64,000 nt of DNA from Piromyces finnis finn (Eukaryota > Fungi > Neocallimastigomycota). Below the pieces are notes generated by a model that was given only the letters and a program-made list of their open reading frames with translations, ran no database searches and was not told where the DNA came from. Numbering within the stretch: the stretch's first letter is position 1; every line of letters begins with the position of its first letter. The position numbers were made by a program, and so were the translations under genes. The stretch covers positions 62,001-126,000 of the forward strand of contig MCFH01000046.1 in NCBI GenBank assembly GCA_002104945.1. Direction: 5' to 3'. This document shows, one piece after another, positions 25,701 to 33,699 of this stretch.

Positions 25701-28700
25701 GAACTTTATTTATCAAACAATAAAGATATTTGATAACGTTAAAAATAAGAAATCTATTCCAAAATATGAAGCTGAAGAATATGTTGAAGCTATAAAATCA
25801 TTAAATCAATTTATGATTCAATCAACCTCTCGTCCACCACTTGATTCATGGCAATATATATATTTAGGTTGGTTAGTCAATACCAATGAATTGGAAAATA
25901 GTGAATTAAGTTATAATGAAAAACTTATTGATGGAATTATCAATGAAAGTATTCTTAAATGGCATGAAAGATTATGGAATAATGTATTCCAAACTTGTAT
26001 TAATGCAAATCATGAAGGTCTTACTGAAAAATTATTATTAGATGGTTCTTCCTTCTTATATACAAGTTTACAAACATATTTTGTATCAACCATTCTTCAA
26101 AATTCAGTTCAATGCTCCGCATATGAATATAAAGATTTAATTGAAAAAGTTACTTGCATAGAAGAGCATTTCAAAGCTGAACAGCAAAAGTTTACTCGTA
26201 CATCAAATGAAATTGCACAAATCATATATACTATTAGAAGTGTTGTTGTAACTTATCAATCTTCATTCCAGGAAGAAGACTATGTTAAAATTTTAGCTCT
26301 TTTAAATCAATTATTTAATATTTCTGTTGAAGATGATGCTCTTAGAGGAACGGTTATTCAAGACCTTGTTGTTCTTTTAAGAAAATCTTCTGATGAGGTA
26401 TTCCAAATGCTATTTGCAAAATACATTATTTCTATATTTGATCGATTAAAGAAAATTAATGATCCTATGGAAATGGGTCAAGTATGGATTAGTACAGGTC
26501 TCTTATTAGTAATGGTAATTATTCCAAAATTCCCAGTTGATCCAGCTGCTGAAGTTATTGTTGAAAAATTCTTATTAGAACAATTAATTAACTATTATGA
26601 AACAGAAATTTATACTCAGAAAGAAATTGAAAAAATCAACAAGGGTGATAGTCAAAGTTCAATCATTAGAGGGCTTCAGGAAAAATTAACAAACATTAAA
26701 ACTAAACTTTCTGAATTATTATTAAAAGTTCCATTAAGACCAAAGAAAACTATGATTTTATCAATATTCCAAGATTTAGAACAATTAAGTAAAACTTTCT
26801 TAAATGAAATTCAATTATTTGAAATTGTTCATAATTTAAGTTCTGCTGAAAAAGAAACTTATCTTCAACGCGAATCTTTATTACAAAGTAATTTATATAA
26901 CTTTATTGAAAGAATGCAAACCAATTATCCAAAATACATGGATTTATTAAAGCCAATATTTATTGCAATTTATCAAGTTAAATATGGTTTAAAGTTAATT
27001 TCGAGCACTGTTAATCATGAAAGTAATGAACAAGATATTGAAGTAATTATTAATAGTTTAATGAACTTTGGTAAGAGTGATATTTGGACACAATCTATTC
27101 CATCGAATCTTTCACAATTAGATCAATTAAAAAGAAATCTTAAGGTCAAGAAGAATTTAGAAGATGATAAGATTGACTTATATATTGAATTATTAAATAC
27201 ATTTATTATTAGATTAAGTCAACAAGTTAAAATTACAGGTGTTACAGCTCTATACTATCATCAAATAAATTTGATATATATGGAACTTTCTCGTATTATT
27301 ACATTAATTGAAGAAAAGGAAAGAGAAAAAATCAAAGAAGAAGAAGAATTATATAAATATAAAACTAAGGATAATGATGTTATGGTTGATAAAGATGAAG
27401 AAGAAGAAGAATTTAAGGAACTTTTCCCTGATTATTATGAAGATTTTGAAGATGTTACTAGTACAGCTTTAGATGATGGAAGCAAAAAACCATCTAAAGA
27501 ATCAAAAGAAACAAATAAATCTCTTTTAAGTAAGTCTCGTTTAGGAAAAATTGAAAAAATTGCTTCAAAAATTGTTGAATCTCAAAGATTGTTTATGTTA
27601 CAAAATTATTCGGATGAAGTATTAATGAATTACAATGCTTTTGTAAATTCATATAACATGGCAGGAGTAATTATTAAAGAAACTACTCCATATTTATCAG
27701 ATAACATTGATTATACATGCTTTAATGGAAATCTTGTTATGGTCCATGAAATCAAAAAACGCGTTAATGGTGATAGCCAATCAAAGAATTATAACTTTTA
27801 CAAAGATGAAAATATAATCGAAGTTTCTAAATCTATTCCAATTTTAATTGAAATGGAGAATAAATTGCATGAGTTACTTCAAAAATGGCCAGGTCACTCA
27901 GTATTACTTCAGTTATCTACTATATGTAAAAGAATTGCATTGTTCCCAGTTACTTCTCCTGTAATTAAAATATTAACTGGCTTAGAAATTTTAATTCAAA
28001 AGTGTGATGAATGGGAAGCTTATGCTAGTAAAGAAGTTTCTATTAAGGCTGAAATGAATAAGGTCATTGAATTAATTGTAGAATGGAGAAAGTATGAATT
28101 AAAGCTTTGGTGGGATTTATTAGAAGTCCAAGATAAAGAATATGCTGAAAAGGCTTCTAAACTTTGGTTCTATTTGTATAAAATTATTATTGAACCAATT
28201 AATAAATGCAGTGAATTAACAATGGAAATTAGTTTAGATGATTACGAAGAAATATATTCTGGAATATTAAGCGGTGTTGATCAATTTATTAGAAATTCTT
28301 CTTTGGGTGAATTCTCATCAAGATTACAAATGATCTATCAATTTTACATTCAAATTACTAAATATCATAAATCATCTAATATGACTATTATTATTTCTAA
28401 TATTCTCTGGAACATTCATCAATATTATAGCCAATTTTCTGATAATATTAATGAATTCTTAAAGACATCCAGAAAACCGATTGAAAAAGAATTAAAGAAT
28501 TATGTTAAGATTGCTAAATGGAAGGATGTTAATATTTATGCATTAAAGGAAAGTGCTAAAAGAACTCACTATCAATTAAACAAATTTATTAAAAAGTATA
28601 AAGAAATCTTAAACACATCAATTTATAATAAAATTCTTGAAATTCAAAATAAGTATATAAGCAACCAAGAGCCAAAAATTAATACAAGCTTAGGAACATA

Positions 28701-31700
28701 TTCATCTGCTCGTGATTATTTCGATTCAATTAAAGGTAGATTAGTACCAATTATGGAAATTCAAAATGATAAATTAATCGTTAAGGTTGAAAAGGAAATA
28801 GAAAATAAAGAAAGATTGAGTCAGATACCATTAATATTAAAGAAAATGAAATCTATTACCAAAGAATTTTTACGTAATGGATTGTATACAAATAAGGCCA
28901 ATATCATGGAAGAACTTTGTGAAACTATTATTGAACGTTTGAAAGAATTTAAAAAGCAAAATGATACTTTATCTGACGATGCAAAGGATGAAAAGGCATG
29001 GAAACTTCAAAAGTCTTTAAGAAAGAAGGCTTTATCAGATTTATTTAGTCAATTTAAAAAAATGGGTATCCGTTTAAGAAGTGTTAAGCATTTCGAAAAC
29101 CAAAAGAAAACTGATTATATTTTCAAGTTAAATCATACTGTTGGTGAATCTTTCGAACTTATTCATCCATCATCAATTAAATCTGGTTTATTCAAGCAAA
29201 TTGAAAATATGGAAAGACAATCAAATGATAGATATTATAAGTTTATTGCATATATTTCTTTATTAAGATCTCTTACTCATGAAGCTTCTCCAGATTTAAG
29301 TGAATTAGATGTTCAAAGATCATTAAGTTCAGAAGAACATATGCTTTACATGATACTCCAACAAAGAACAGTTCTTGCAAGTTTAAATGAAAATTATTCT
29401 AAATTCATGTATTTATATCACCAATTACAGGACATTTATAAATTGGCTCAATCATCCGATTCTACTACTGATATAATATTAAGTAATGATGCTTTTATTC
29501 AATCCTTAAAGGAACAAAAATTCATTATTGATGAAATTTACGATTATGTTCATCAAATCAGTTATATTCAACATATTAGAAAAGAAGATGGACAAAAGGT
29601 AATTGCCATTTTAGAAAAAATTAAAAAATGCAAGAAAGCAACTGATAAATTCTATCATTCATTAATCACTAAAGCTGAACAATATCAAGTTAATAGTCCA
29701 TTAAAGAATTGTGAATTACAATCATTATTTGATAACAATTTCACTGTCTTTAATGAAATTTCTCAAGATATTAATGGTGTTGTCAAACCTTCATCCTTAA
29801 TATTAGAATTAGCTAATAAATTAGAAAAAACTTCCAAAAAATTAAATGTAATCCCAACCAAATTAGAAGATAAAACTAATCTTGACGTTGTAAGCATTAA
29901 TACTATTGTTAATAATATTAATCAAATCATTGAAAATATTATGATTTCATTCCAAAATATTAATGCTAACTTAAAGGAACAAGAAAATGAACATAATCAA
30001 GAAAACATAGAAGAAGATGAGTTTGAAGATATTCATGTTAATGAAATTAATAAAAATTTATTAAATTCTAAGGAAACCTTGAAGATTGAAAAAGTCATTG
30101 AACTAACTTTGCAATTATTCAGTTTAATTAATGAATTACCAAATGAAAAATTAATAAGAGAATTTTCATTACAACAGGTTCAAAACATGTTTGTTATTTA
30201 TGACCATTATAACACTATAGTTCAACAACAAATATATGAATATATTTGTTTCCATAGAGTATTTATAAAGTTTTCTCTTATTAACTGTAAGCTTTTTATT
30301 TCTTTATACAAGTCTGGTCTTTCTATTCCAAAGATTTATAGTGGTGAAGAAGAAATTATGGAAGATAATGTTGCTGGTACAGGTATTGGTGAAGGTCAAG
30401 GTAATAAAAATGTTAGTGATGAAATTGAAAATGAAGACCAAATAGAAGGTACTCAAGATGAACAAACTCAACAACCACAGGATAATGAAAATAAGGATAA
30501 AGATGATAATGCTATTGAAATGAACGATGACTTTGAAGGAAAATTAGAAGATGTTGAAAGACAACCAGGAGATGAAGACGATGAAGAAGAAGAGGATGAA
30601 GATGGTGAAGAGGAAGAACTTGAAGAGCAAATGGGTGATATTGATGAAGATCAATCAAATGTTGTTGATGAAAAGATGTGGAATGATGAAGAAGATGAGA
30701 AGGCTGATGAAAATGAAAAGACTGAAAAGGATTCAGAAGCAAAGGGTGAAAATAGTCAAGAAGAAATGGTTGCAAAGAATGATGAAGAATTAGAACAAGC
30801 TAAAGATGATGAAAAAGATGCTAAAGAAAAGAATAAGGATAAAAAGGAGGAAAAACAAGAACAAAATAATGATGACGAACAAAAAGAAGAAATTAATGAT
30901 TATAATGAAGATATGTTTGAAGAAAATAATAATATTGATATTAAGAGTATGGATAATCCATTAAAGGAAGAAGAAGAAGAAGAAGGAGATGATGATGATA
31001 TGGAATTACCTGATGACCTAAACTTGGATGGTGGTGATGAAGATGATTCTAAACAACAAGATATGGATGTAGATGATAAGAACGAAGATCAAGACTCAAT
31101 GGATGTTGATGAAGAAGTACAAGAAACTGATGATCAAGTTATGGAAAAGGAAATTCCTCAAGAATTTCAAGAACTTCCGGATGATAATATCGGAGGTGAA
31201 GAAGAAATTGATGAAGAAAATGCTAATCCAGAAGGAGAAGGTGAAGAAGGTGAAGGCGAAGAAGAAGAAGGACAAGATGAAGATGAAAATCAAGAAGAAA
31301 ATGGTGAAAATATGGACGAAGATATGGAAAATAATATTGCTGTAAAAGACGAAAATGAAGAAGAAACCGCAAAAGAAGAAAATGCTGTTGATGAAAATAA
31401 GGAAAATGAAAATGAAGCTACAATGGATAATACTGAAGTTAAGCAACAACAAAGTGAAAATCAATACGGAGTACAAGATGAATTTGGCAACGACAATAAT
31501 GAAGATAATGATCTCGAAAACATTGATGATAATAATGCAGCTTCCTCTCAACAAGAATTTGGAAATGATAATTCTAATAATGATATGGCAGCAACAACCT
31601 CTTCAATGCAAAACATGACACTAGAAGAACAAAAGAAGAGACAACCTCGTGAAATTAATCCAAATCGTTCATTAGGTGATTACTTAAAGGAATGGAAGAA

Positions 31701-33162
31701 AAGATTGAAGTCAATTGTTGAACCTGAAGAAGAGGAAGAAAATAAGGATGCACCAGTAAATGAAAATCAAGAAAAGGTGAATGAAGATAATACATTTGAA
31801 TATTTAAAGGAAGATGATGAAGCGTATGATCTACAAACATTAGGAAATGCAACTGAAGATCAACTTGAAAAACAACAAGATAAGGCTGCTATTGATGAAG
31901 AACAAGAAACAAATGAAAATGATGAAAATGCTATGGCTAATCAAGAAGAAGAAGAAGAAGAAGAAGAAAAGGAAGAAGATGAAATGAGAGATGATACCAA
32001 AAAGTTCAATAATGAGAAGAATTCCTTTAATAAGATAGCAGAATTACATCAAAATACAGAAGAAAATGATGATGAATCATTGTCTGATGTTAAAAAGGAT
32101 ACTAAAACAGAAAAGGTAAATGATAATAATGAAGAACCGGATTATAACTTAAACAATGAAAATGTTACTAAGATGGAAGATGATAGTAAGGAAGCTGATG
32201 ATGAAGAAGAAGAATTCTCAGATATTGATTTAGATCGTGAATCAGAAAAGGATTATGAAGAATTAAGAGAAGAATTAGAAAAGAAAATGATAGAATGGAG
32301 AGCCAATAAAGAAAGTATGGATAAGGCTCATCAATTATGGAAGGATTATGAAATGTTAACATTTGATCTTTCTATGGAATTATGTGAACAGTTAAGATTA
32401 ATTTTAGAACCAACGTTAGCAACAAAACTTAAGGGTGATTATAGAAATGGTAAGAGATTAAATATGAAAAAAATTATTCCATATATTGCAAGTCAATTTA
32501 AGAAGGATAAGATTTGGTTAAGACGTACTAAGCCAAGTAAACGTCAATACCAAATTATGCTTTCTGTTGATGATTCTAAATCAATGAGTGAATCTCATTC
32601 AGTTCAATTAACATTTGAAGCATTAGCTATGATTTCCAAAGCATTAACACAGTTGGAAGCTGGTGAGTTAGCTGTTGTACGATTTGGTGAAACTGTTAAT
32701 TTAGTTCATCCATTTGAAAGTCCATTTAATGATGAATCAGGTGCTCAAGCTATTTGTCAATTTACATTTGAACAACAAAGTACTGATATACAACAACTCA
32801 TGACTTCCACATTAGGTATTTTAGAAGAAGCTCGTGAACGCAGTTCATCCCATAATGAATCTCTTTGGCAATTACAAATTATTCTTTCAGATGGTATATG
32901 TGAGAATCATGAACAAATTAAATCCTTAGTTCATTCTGCAATGGAAAAACAAATTATGGTAGTATTTGTTGTAATTGATACCAAACAACAGATTCTTGGT
33001 ATGAATAATGTTATTAAACAACCTGGTAAAGGTTTTAAATTAGAAAGATATATTAGTACATTCCCATTTGATAATTATGTTATCCTTTCTGATATTAATC
33101 AATTACCAGAAATTCTATCTGAAACTTTACGTCAATACTTTATGATGGTACAACATGATTAA
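16702..33162 (+). CDS. MDN1: Midasin (Rea1/MDN1) AAA+ ATPase for 60S ribosome biogenesis, single exon
   Basis: 5486-aa ORF with six AAA modules (Walker A GVSGSGKT, GETGAGKT, GPTSSGKT, GETGCGKT, GSPGVGKT, GATATGKT; matching Walker B IEDIN, LDEIN, LDELN, LDEIS, LDELN, IDNAN), a long linker, a D/E-rich tract and a C-terminal MIDAS/VWA domain (VDDSKSMS … ILSDG). Confidence 0.98.
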   Translation: MVNINYNFQADIHNELQILLQILNEKGCYIKQKNEIQRIIEIENIKDSEKSKLLDILSYLLLQPDLVFEILHLFRSIAIELVARWIIKLENEPYCLQLQNDGERPPKRNNNGDQIEPEHLMDIDEIEETLYNENEKYILAFSKILITLPQVKSFALYILGIIDVTKELTQLVKLAQNNLDNSVDKIKEILCSLYRITCQIPYYELKNLWDSSILYSFLDIQNKEIQVYTIFILSKYLNLSNAEQDKLIEKYLSPEISSQDMLKMEPDLSKLIWLKETELNTKEQASMFINNYKTAKVSSNTPFIIESHNLCKIITDICGVLLPNLSSLTPVNKSIQLNESSQTTITDDRLILTPTTRNNLHSIAFALSIGSPILLEGVSGSGKTCLIEEMARLTNHEDLITIHLGDQTDSKVLLGTYVCTNIPGQFRWQPGVLTTAVTEGRWILIEDINLAPLEVISVLIPLLQTRTLFIPSRGEKIKAADGFQIFATQTLQVSSNGILTKKSNDSISENLWTQVRVQHLSLDEIRQVLTQKYPSLLRIIPAIVNTTDVIINHWKEIMLSSHIGNRLLSLRDIMKWAFRINQLIQLDHDTGNFAVDQDTIQKIFLEAADCFTAMIPQPEARMKILTIIGEKLNLSPHSIEYIINNYNPELKEESHTVTIGRVNLPAHQYHKEKQLSSKGASKSIFAHTVHSLRTLEKIAVSTYLKESVLLVGETGAGKTTIVQYLAELLGQKLVVVNLSQQSESSDLLGGFKPVDVHLLVSIIQEKFIQLFSDTFPTKSNKAFIDSVKKVISRKKWEKLIVAYRNAIQMSKKLFKKRQEKNAKLSSSDDNTRNKKMKKSEDKINLEKSWKQFEKDVDEFELQYEQIKGNFLFSFIEGSLVKAIQQGYWILLDEINLASSETLESLSGLLQGAEGSIILTERGDTHPIKRHPNFRIFGCMNPATDVGKKDLPPGLRSRFTEFYVDSLDIYKEDLTQVVHRYLEKFVGSDQTISQQIVEFYFEVKKASKMNLYDGANHRPHFSMRTLTRSLSYATQIAPVYGLKRSLYEGIVMTFLTQLDAKSASFVDALAKKYILANMRTNEINTFLKQIPKCPSSDSSKYDLFQSFWLEKGEFESPEDDDYIKKYIITPSVDNNMKNLARAIYSRKFPVLIQGPTSSGKTSMVEYIARRTHHRFVRINNHEHTDLQEYLGMYVSDSSGQLVFQEGVLVEALRKGYWIVLDELNLAPTDVLEALNRLLDDNRELLINETQEIVKPHPHFMLFATQNPSGLYGGRKALSRAFKNRFLELNFDDFPENELEQILEQRCQIPPSYCKKLVIVYKELQQVRQKTRMFEGRHSFITLRDLFRWAERHAMGYQELAQDGFMILGERIRKESEKAVVKQIIEKAMKVKLVEEKIYDCESIPDFTNCIKTINNPSEPLVSNEAIQEFKKVVWNKAMKRLFTLVSKCIQHQEPVLLVGETGCGKTTVCQVLAAIRNQKLHIVNCHQHTETSDFLGDQRPHRDKEKNMAIAKNEMINFLTAHFSEEYQAETLHSMEFMDVLKLFESKTKKSTLNDEEILQEVSRIKGEITKARTLFEWKDGPLISAMKQGDMFLLDEISLADDSVLERLNSVLEPKRQLVLAEKGGKNVEEIVANKNFLFLATMNPGGDYGKKELSPALRNRFTEIWVPQIVDDDDLLQIMNQNLTTEAIQPFGKQILNFITWFSNEVNKGRTIFSLRDILSWINFINLTHEIITPEIAFLHGGSMVFLDGLGINPMLGVSASSLDDGKFRKSCEKKLISFANINKEAPKKDLSHAIEITNADIINNDEIFGIYPFTIPKGKYPPQQVKFDFKAPTTLKNTMRVLRALQLKKPILLEGSPGVGKTSLIANLASVSGCKLVRINLSEQTDLMDLFGSDLPVEGGSSGEFSWRDGLFLKAMQEGDWVLLDELNLASQSVLEGLNACLDHRATVYIPELDKTFSCSPEFRVFGAQNPQQQGGGRKGLPKSFLNRFTQVYVDQLGMDDLLCISQSLYPDIGKDLIEKMIKFNCRMHEDTMINYIFGRKGAPWEFNLRDVFRWIDLTRSCTFSRAFDPTEYIDMVYIQRMRTHEDREYVKKLYLEIFGEDYPQKPNPNINISNEYVQIGHSTLPRQSHNRFDFQNNNYELLTTFLKPLESLMKCVELNWMAILTGATATGKTSMVRLLANITGNELFEFSMNSGVDTMELLGGFEQFDINRHVSHLLERVKSFVASIIKSEILKEDSSYTLNLLSEVSKAFHLIETTALTDIVKSDTIGDFLRQLKDLLERHQSESFMGEFVKIQNLYQNIVKLQDENVRGSFEWIDGILLQALENGNWLLIDNANYCNPSVLDRLNGLLEPNGLLFVNERGLVNGEVKTVRPHPNFRIFLTVDPKNGEISRAMRNRGVEIALIDALAVEENSSSSIESDKCMNMVKLFNSFGIPGQDLPNLFSKLHQDIKSKSSFNNINPYKLILCGKLFIERVQRGQNYVEAAKETINLLYLDQLNISLDQVQIDVPVYDDYTSILAPLSWPYFVSGDFIKSSPSLAMVCYHGSFLYFILKCLDEKKTEFFGDNIDPKKVLDASFRYFVINSTLKDWTYRVEWLKYIYNILNDNYLKKAVKNIINIFVTLFGSSFMQLYALSLGNISRQLNIPRDVILLQSISLENYNSYLFKQIEGEIKRLNNEELGNSWIIFKEAPKALNIYYQLEQKKIQSDLIYKRVASIKISQLSVIQQSYGYSQGRILESQLSHPIIKYFYDLFNILNDLISTFINENMLNGDIGFFEEIMNNYSNLWDNVQEKELDFNLVYIILTKLLTLLNDIPIVMHSEPQSQLIENIKKGLNLSNIHSNSLYWKNTGILMLQSNDLFKAEKTFRTLNEMINISSAKFNEWIAHPFIYTNSELRHSLSEGMATLYYLNKKNNQNESIHELFSLIKGLPEKLEGKIKANIKEIEDFKTNILNGVNDDIDQTLLDTEPLSLLVKQNEKLRGSEIWSLMDYQSLLNEMNFIYQTIKIFDNVKNKKSIPKYEAEEYVEAIKSLNQFMIQSTSRPPLDSWQYIYLGWLVNTNELENSELSYNEKLIDGIINESILKWHERLWNNVFQTCINANHEGLTEKLLLDGSSFLYTSLQTYFVSTILQNSVQCSAYEYKDLIEKVTCIEEHFKAEQQKFTRTSNEIAQIIYTIRSVVVTYQSSFQEEDYVKILALLNQLFNISVEDDALRGTVIQDLVVLLRKSSDEVFQMLFAKYIISIFDRLKKINDPMEMGQVWISTGLLLVMVIIPKFPVDPAAEVIVEKFLLEQLINYYETEIYTQKEIEKINKGDSQSSIIRGLQEKLTNIKTKLSELLLKVPLRPKKTMILSIFQDLEQLSKTFLNEIQLFEIVHNLSSAEKETYLQRESLLQSNLYNFIERMQTNYPKYMDLLKPIFIAIYQVKYGLKLISSTVNHESNEQDIEVIINSLMNFGKSDIWTQSIPSNLSQLDQLKRNLKVKKNLEDDKIDLYIELLNTFIIRLSQQVKITGVTALYYHQINLIYMELSRIITLIEEKEREKIKEEEELYKYKTKDNDVMVDKDEEEEEFKELFPDYYEDFEDVTSTALDDGSKKPSKESKETNKSLLSKSRLGKIEKIASKIVESQRLFMLQNYSDEVLMNYNAFVNSYNMAGVIIKETTPYLSDNIDYTCFNGNLVMVHEIKKRVNGDSQSKNYNFYKDENIIEVSKSIPILIEMENKLHELLQKWPGHSVLLQLSTICKRIALFPVTSPVIKILTGLEILIQKCDEWEAYASKEVSIKAEMNKVIELIVEWRKYELKLWWDLLEVQDKEYAEKASKLWFYLYKIIIEPINKCSELTMEISLDDYEEIYSGILSGVDQFIRNSSLGEFSSRLQMIYQFYIQITKYHKSSNMTIIISNILWNIHQYYSQFSDNINEFLKTSRKPIEKELKNYVKIAKWKDVNIYALKESAKRTHYQLNKFIKKYKEILNTSIYNKILEIQNKYISNQEPKINTSLGTYSSARDYFDSIKGRLVPIMEIQNDKLIVKVEKEIENKERLSQIPLILKKMKSITKEFLRNGLYTNKANIMEELCETIIERLKEFKKQNDTLSDDAKDEKAWKLQKSLRKKALSDLFSQFKKMGIRLRSVKHFENQKKTDYIFKLNHTVGESFELIHPSSIKSGLFKQIENMERQSNDRYYKFIAYISLLRSLTHEASPDLSELDVQRSLSSEEHMLYMILQQRTVLASLNENYSKFMYLYHQLQDIYKLAQSSDSTTDIILSNDAFIQSLKEQKFIIDEIYDYVHQISYIQHIRKEDGQKVIAILEKIKKCKKATDKFYHSLITKAEQYQVNSPLKNCELQSLFDNNFTVFNEISQDINGVVKPSSLILELANKLEKTSKKLNVIPTKLEDKTNLDVVSINTIVNNINQIIENIMISFQNINANLKEQENEHNQENIEEDEFEDIHVNEINKNLLNSKETLKIEKVIELTLQLFSLINELPNEKLIREFSLQQVQNMFVIYDHYNTIVQQQIYEYICFHRVFIKFSLINCKLFISLYKSGLSIPKIYSGEEEIMEDNVAGTGIGEGQGNKNVSDEIENEDQIEGTQDEQTQQPQDNENKDKDDNAIEMNDDFEGKLEDVERQPGDEDDEEEEDEDGEEEELEEQMGDIDEDQSNVVDEKMWNDEEDEKADENEKTEKDSEAKGENSQEEMVAKNDEELEQAKDDEKDAKEKNKDKKEEKQEQNNDDEQKEEINDYNEDMFEENNNIDIKSMDNPLKEEEEEEGDDDDMELPDDLNLDGGDEDDSKQQDMDVDDKNEDQDSMDVDEEVQETDDQVMEKEIPQEFQELPDDNIGGEEEIDEENANPEGEGEEGEGEEEEGQDEDENQEENGENMDEDMENNIAVKDENEEETAKEENAVDENKENENEATMDNTEVKQQQSENQYGVQDEFGNDNNEDNDLENIDDNNAASSQQEFGNDNSNNDMAATTSSMQNMTLEEQKKRQPREINPNRSLGDYLKEWKKRLKSIVEPEEEEENKDAPVNENQEKVNEDNTFEYLKEDDEAYDLQTLGNATEDQLEKQQDKAAIDEEQETNENDENAMANQEEEEEEEEKEEDEMRDDTKKFNNEKNSFNKIAELHQNTEENDDESLSDVKKDTKTEKVNDNNEEPDYNLNNENVTKMEDDSKEADDEEEEFSDIDLDRESEKDYEELREELEKKMIEWRANKESMDKAHQLWKDYEMLTFDLSMELCEQLRLILEPTLATKLKGDYRNGKRLNMKKIIPYIASQFKKDKIWLRRTKPSKRQYQIMLSVDDSKSMSESHSVQLTFEALAMISKALTQLEAGELAVVRFGETVNLVHPFESPFNDESGAQAICQFTFEQQSTDIQQLMTSTLGILEEARERSSSHNESLWQLQIILSDGICENHEQIKSLVHSAMEKQIMVVFVVIDTKQQILGMNNVIKQPGKGFKLERYISTFPFDNYVILSDINQLPEILSETLRQYFMMVQHD

Positions 33163-33699
33163 GTTTAGTTATTATTTTAATAGTATATTTACATAATTCT
33201 TTGTTTTTATTTTTAAGTTTTATATTTGATACATATATAGTAAAACTACAATAATTTAAAACTCTTTTTTCATTAAAATTTAAGATATAATAGTGTTAAT
33301 AATACCAATTTTAAACTCTCAATACATTAATATTTAATTTTTAATCTTATTTTTATATTTAATATTATATTTATTTATATATATAAATTCAATACATATG
33401 CAGCAATATTAAAATTTTGATATTTAAAAAAAAATTATATTTTATAGAAATCAGTAGAAATATTTCATTTATTAAATTTAAATAAATATTTATAAATTGT
33501 AAAAAAAAAAAAAAACACTTTATGTTGATTAAAACTTAAATTTATATTTTCTTTTATTTTGTTAATGTTTAATTGATTAAGAAGAAATTATATTTTTATT
33601 TATTTATTTATTTTCTTTTTTTTTTTTTTATTATTTTTATTTTTATTTATTATATATAGAAAAGATGATTTTTAAGATTTGAAATTATTAATTTTTAAA

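Noticed and set aside
16875-32362. Short ORFs nested in or antisense to midasin, including the cluster at 30512-32362
   Set aside because: They fall within a conserved long CDS, mostly opposite the D/E-rich tract, and have no motifs or independent splice or start signals.
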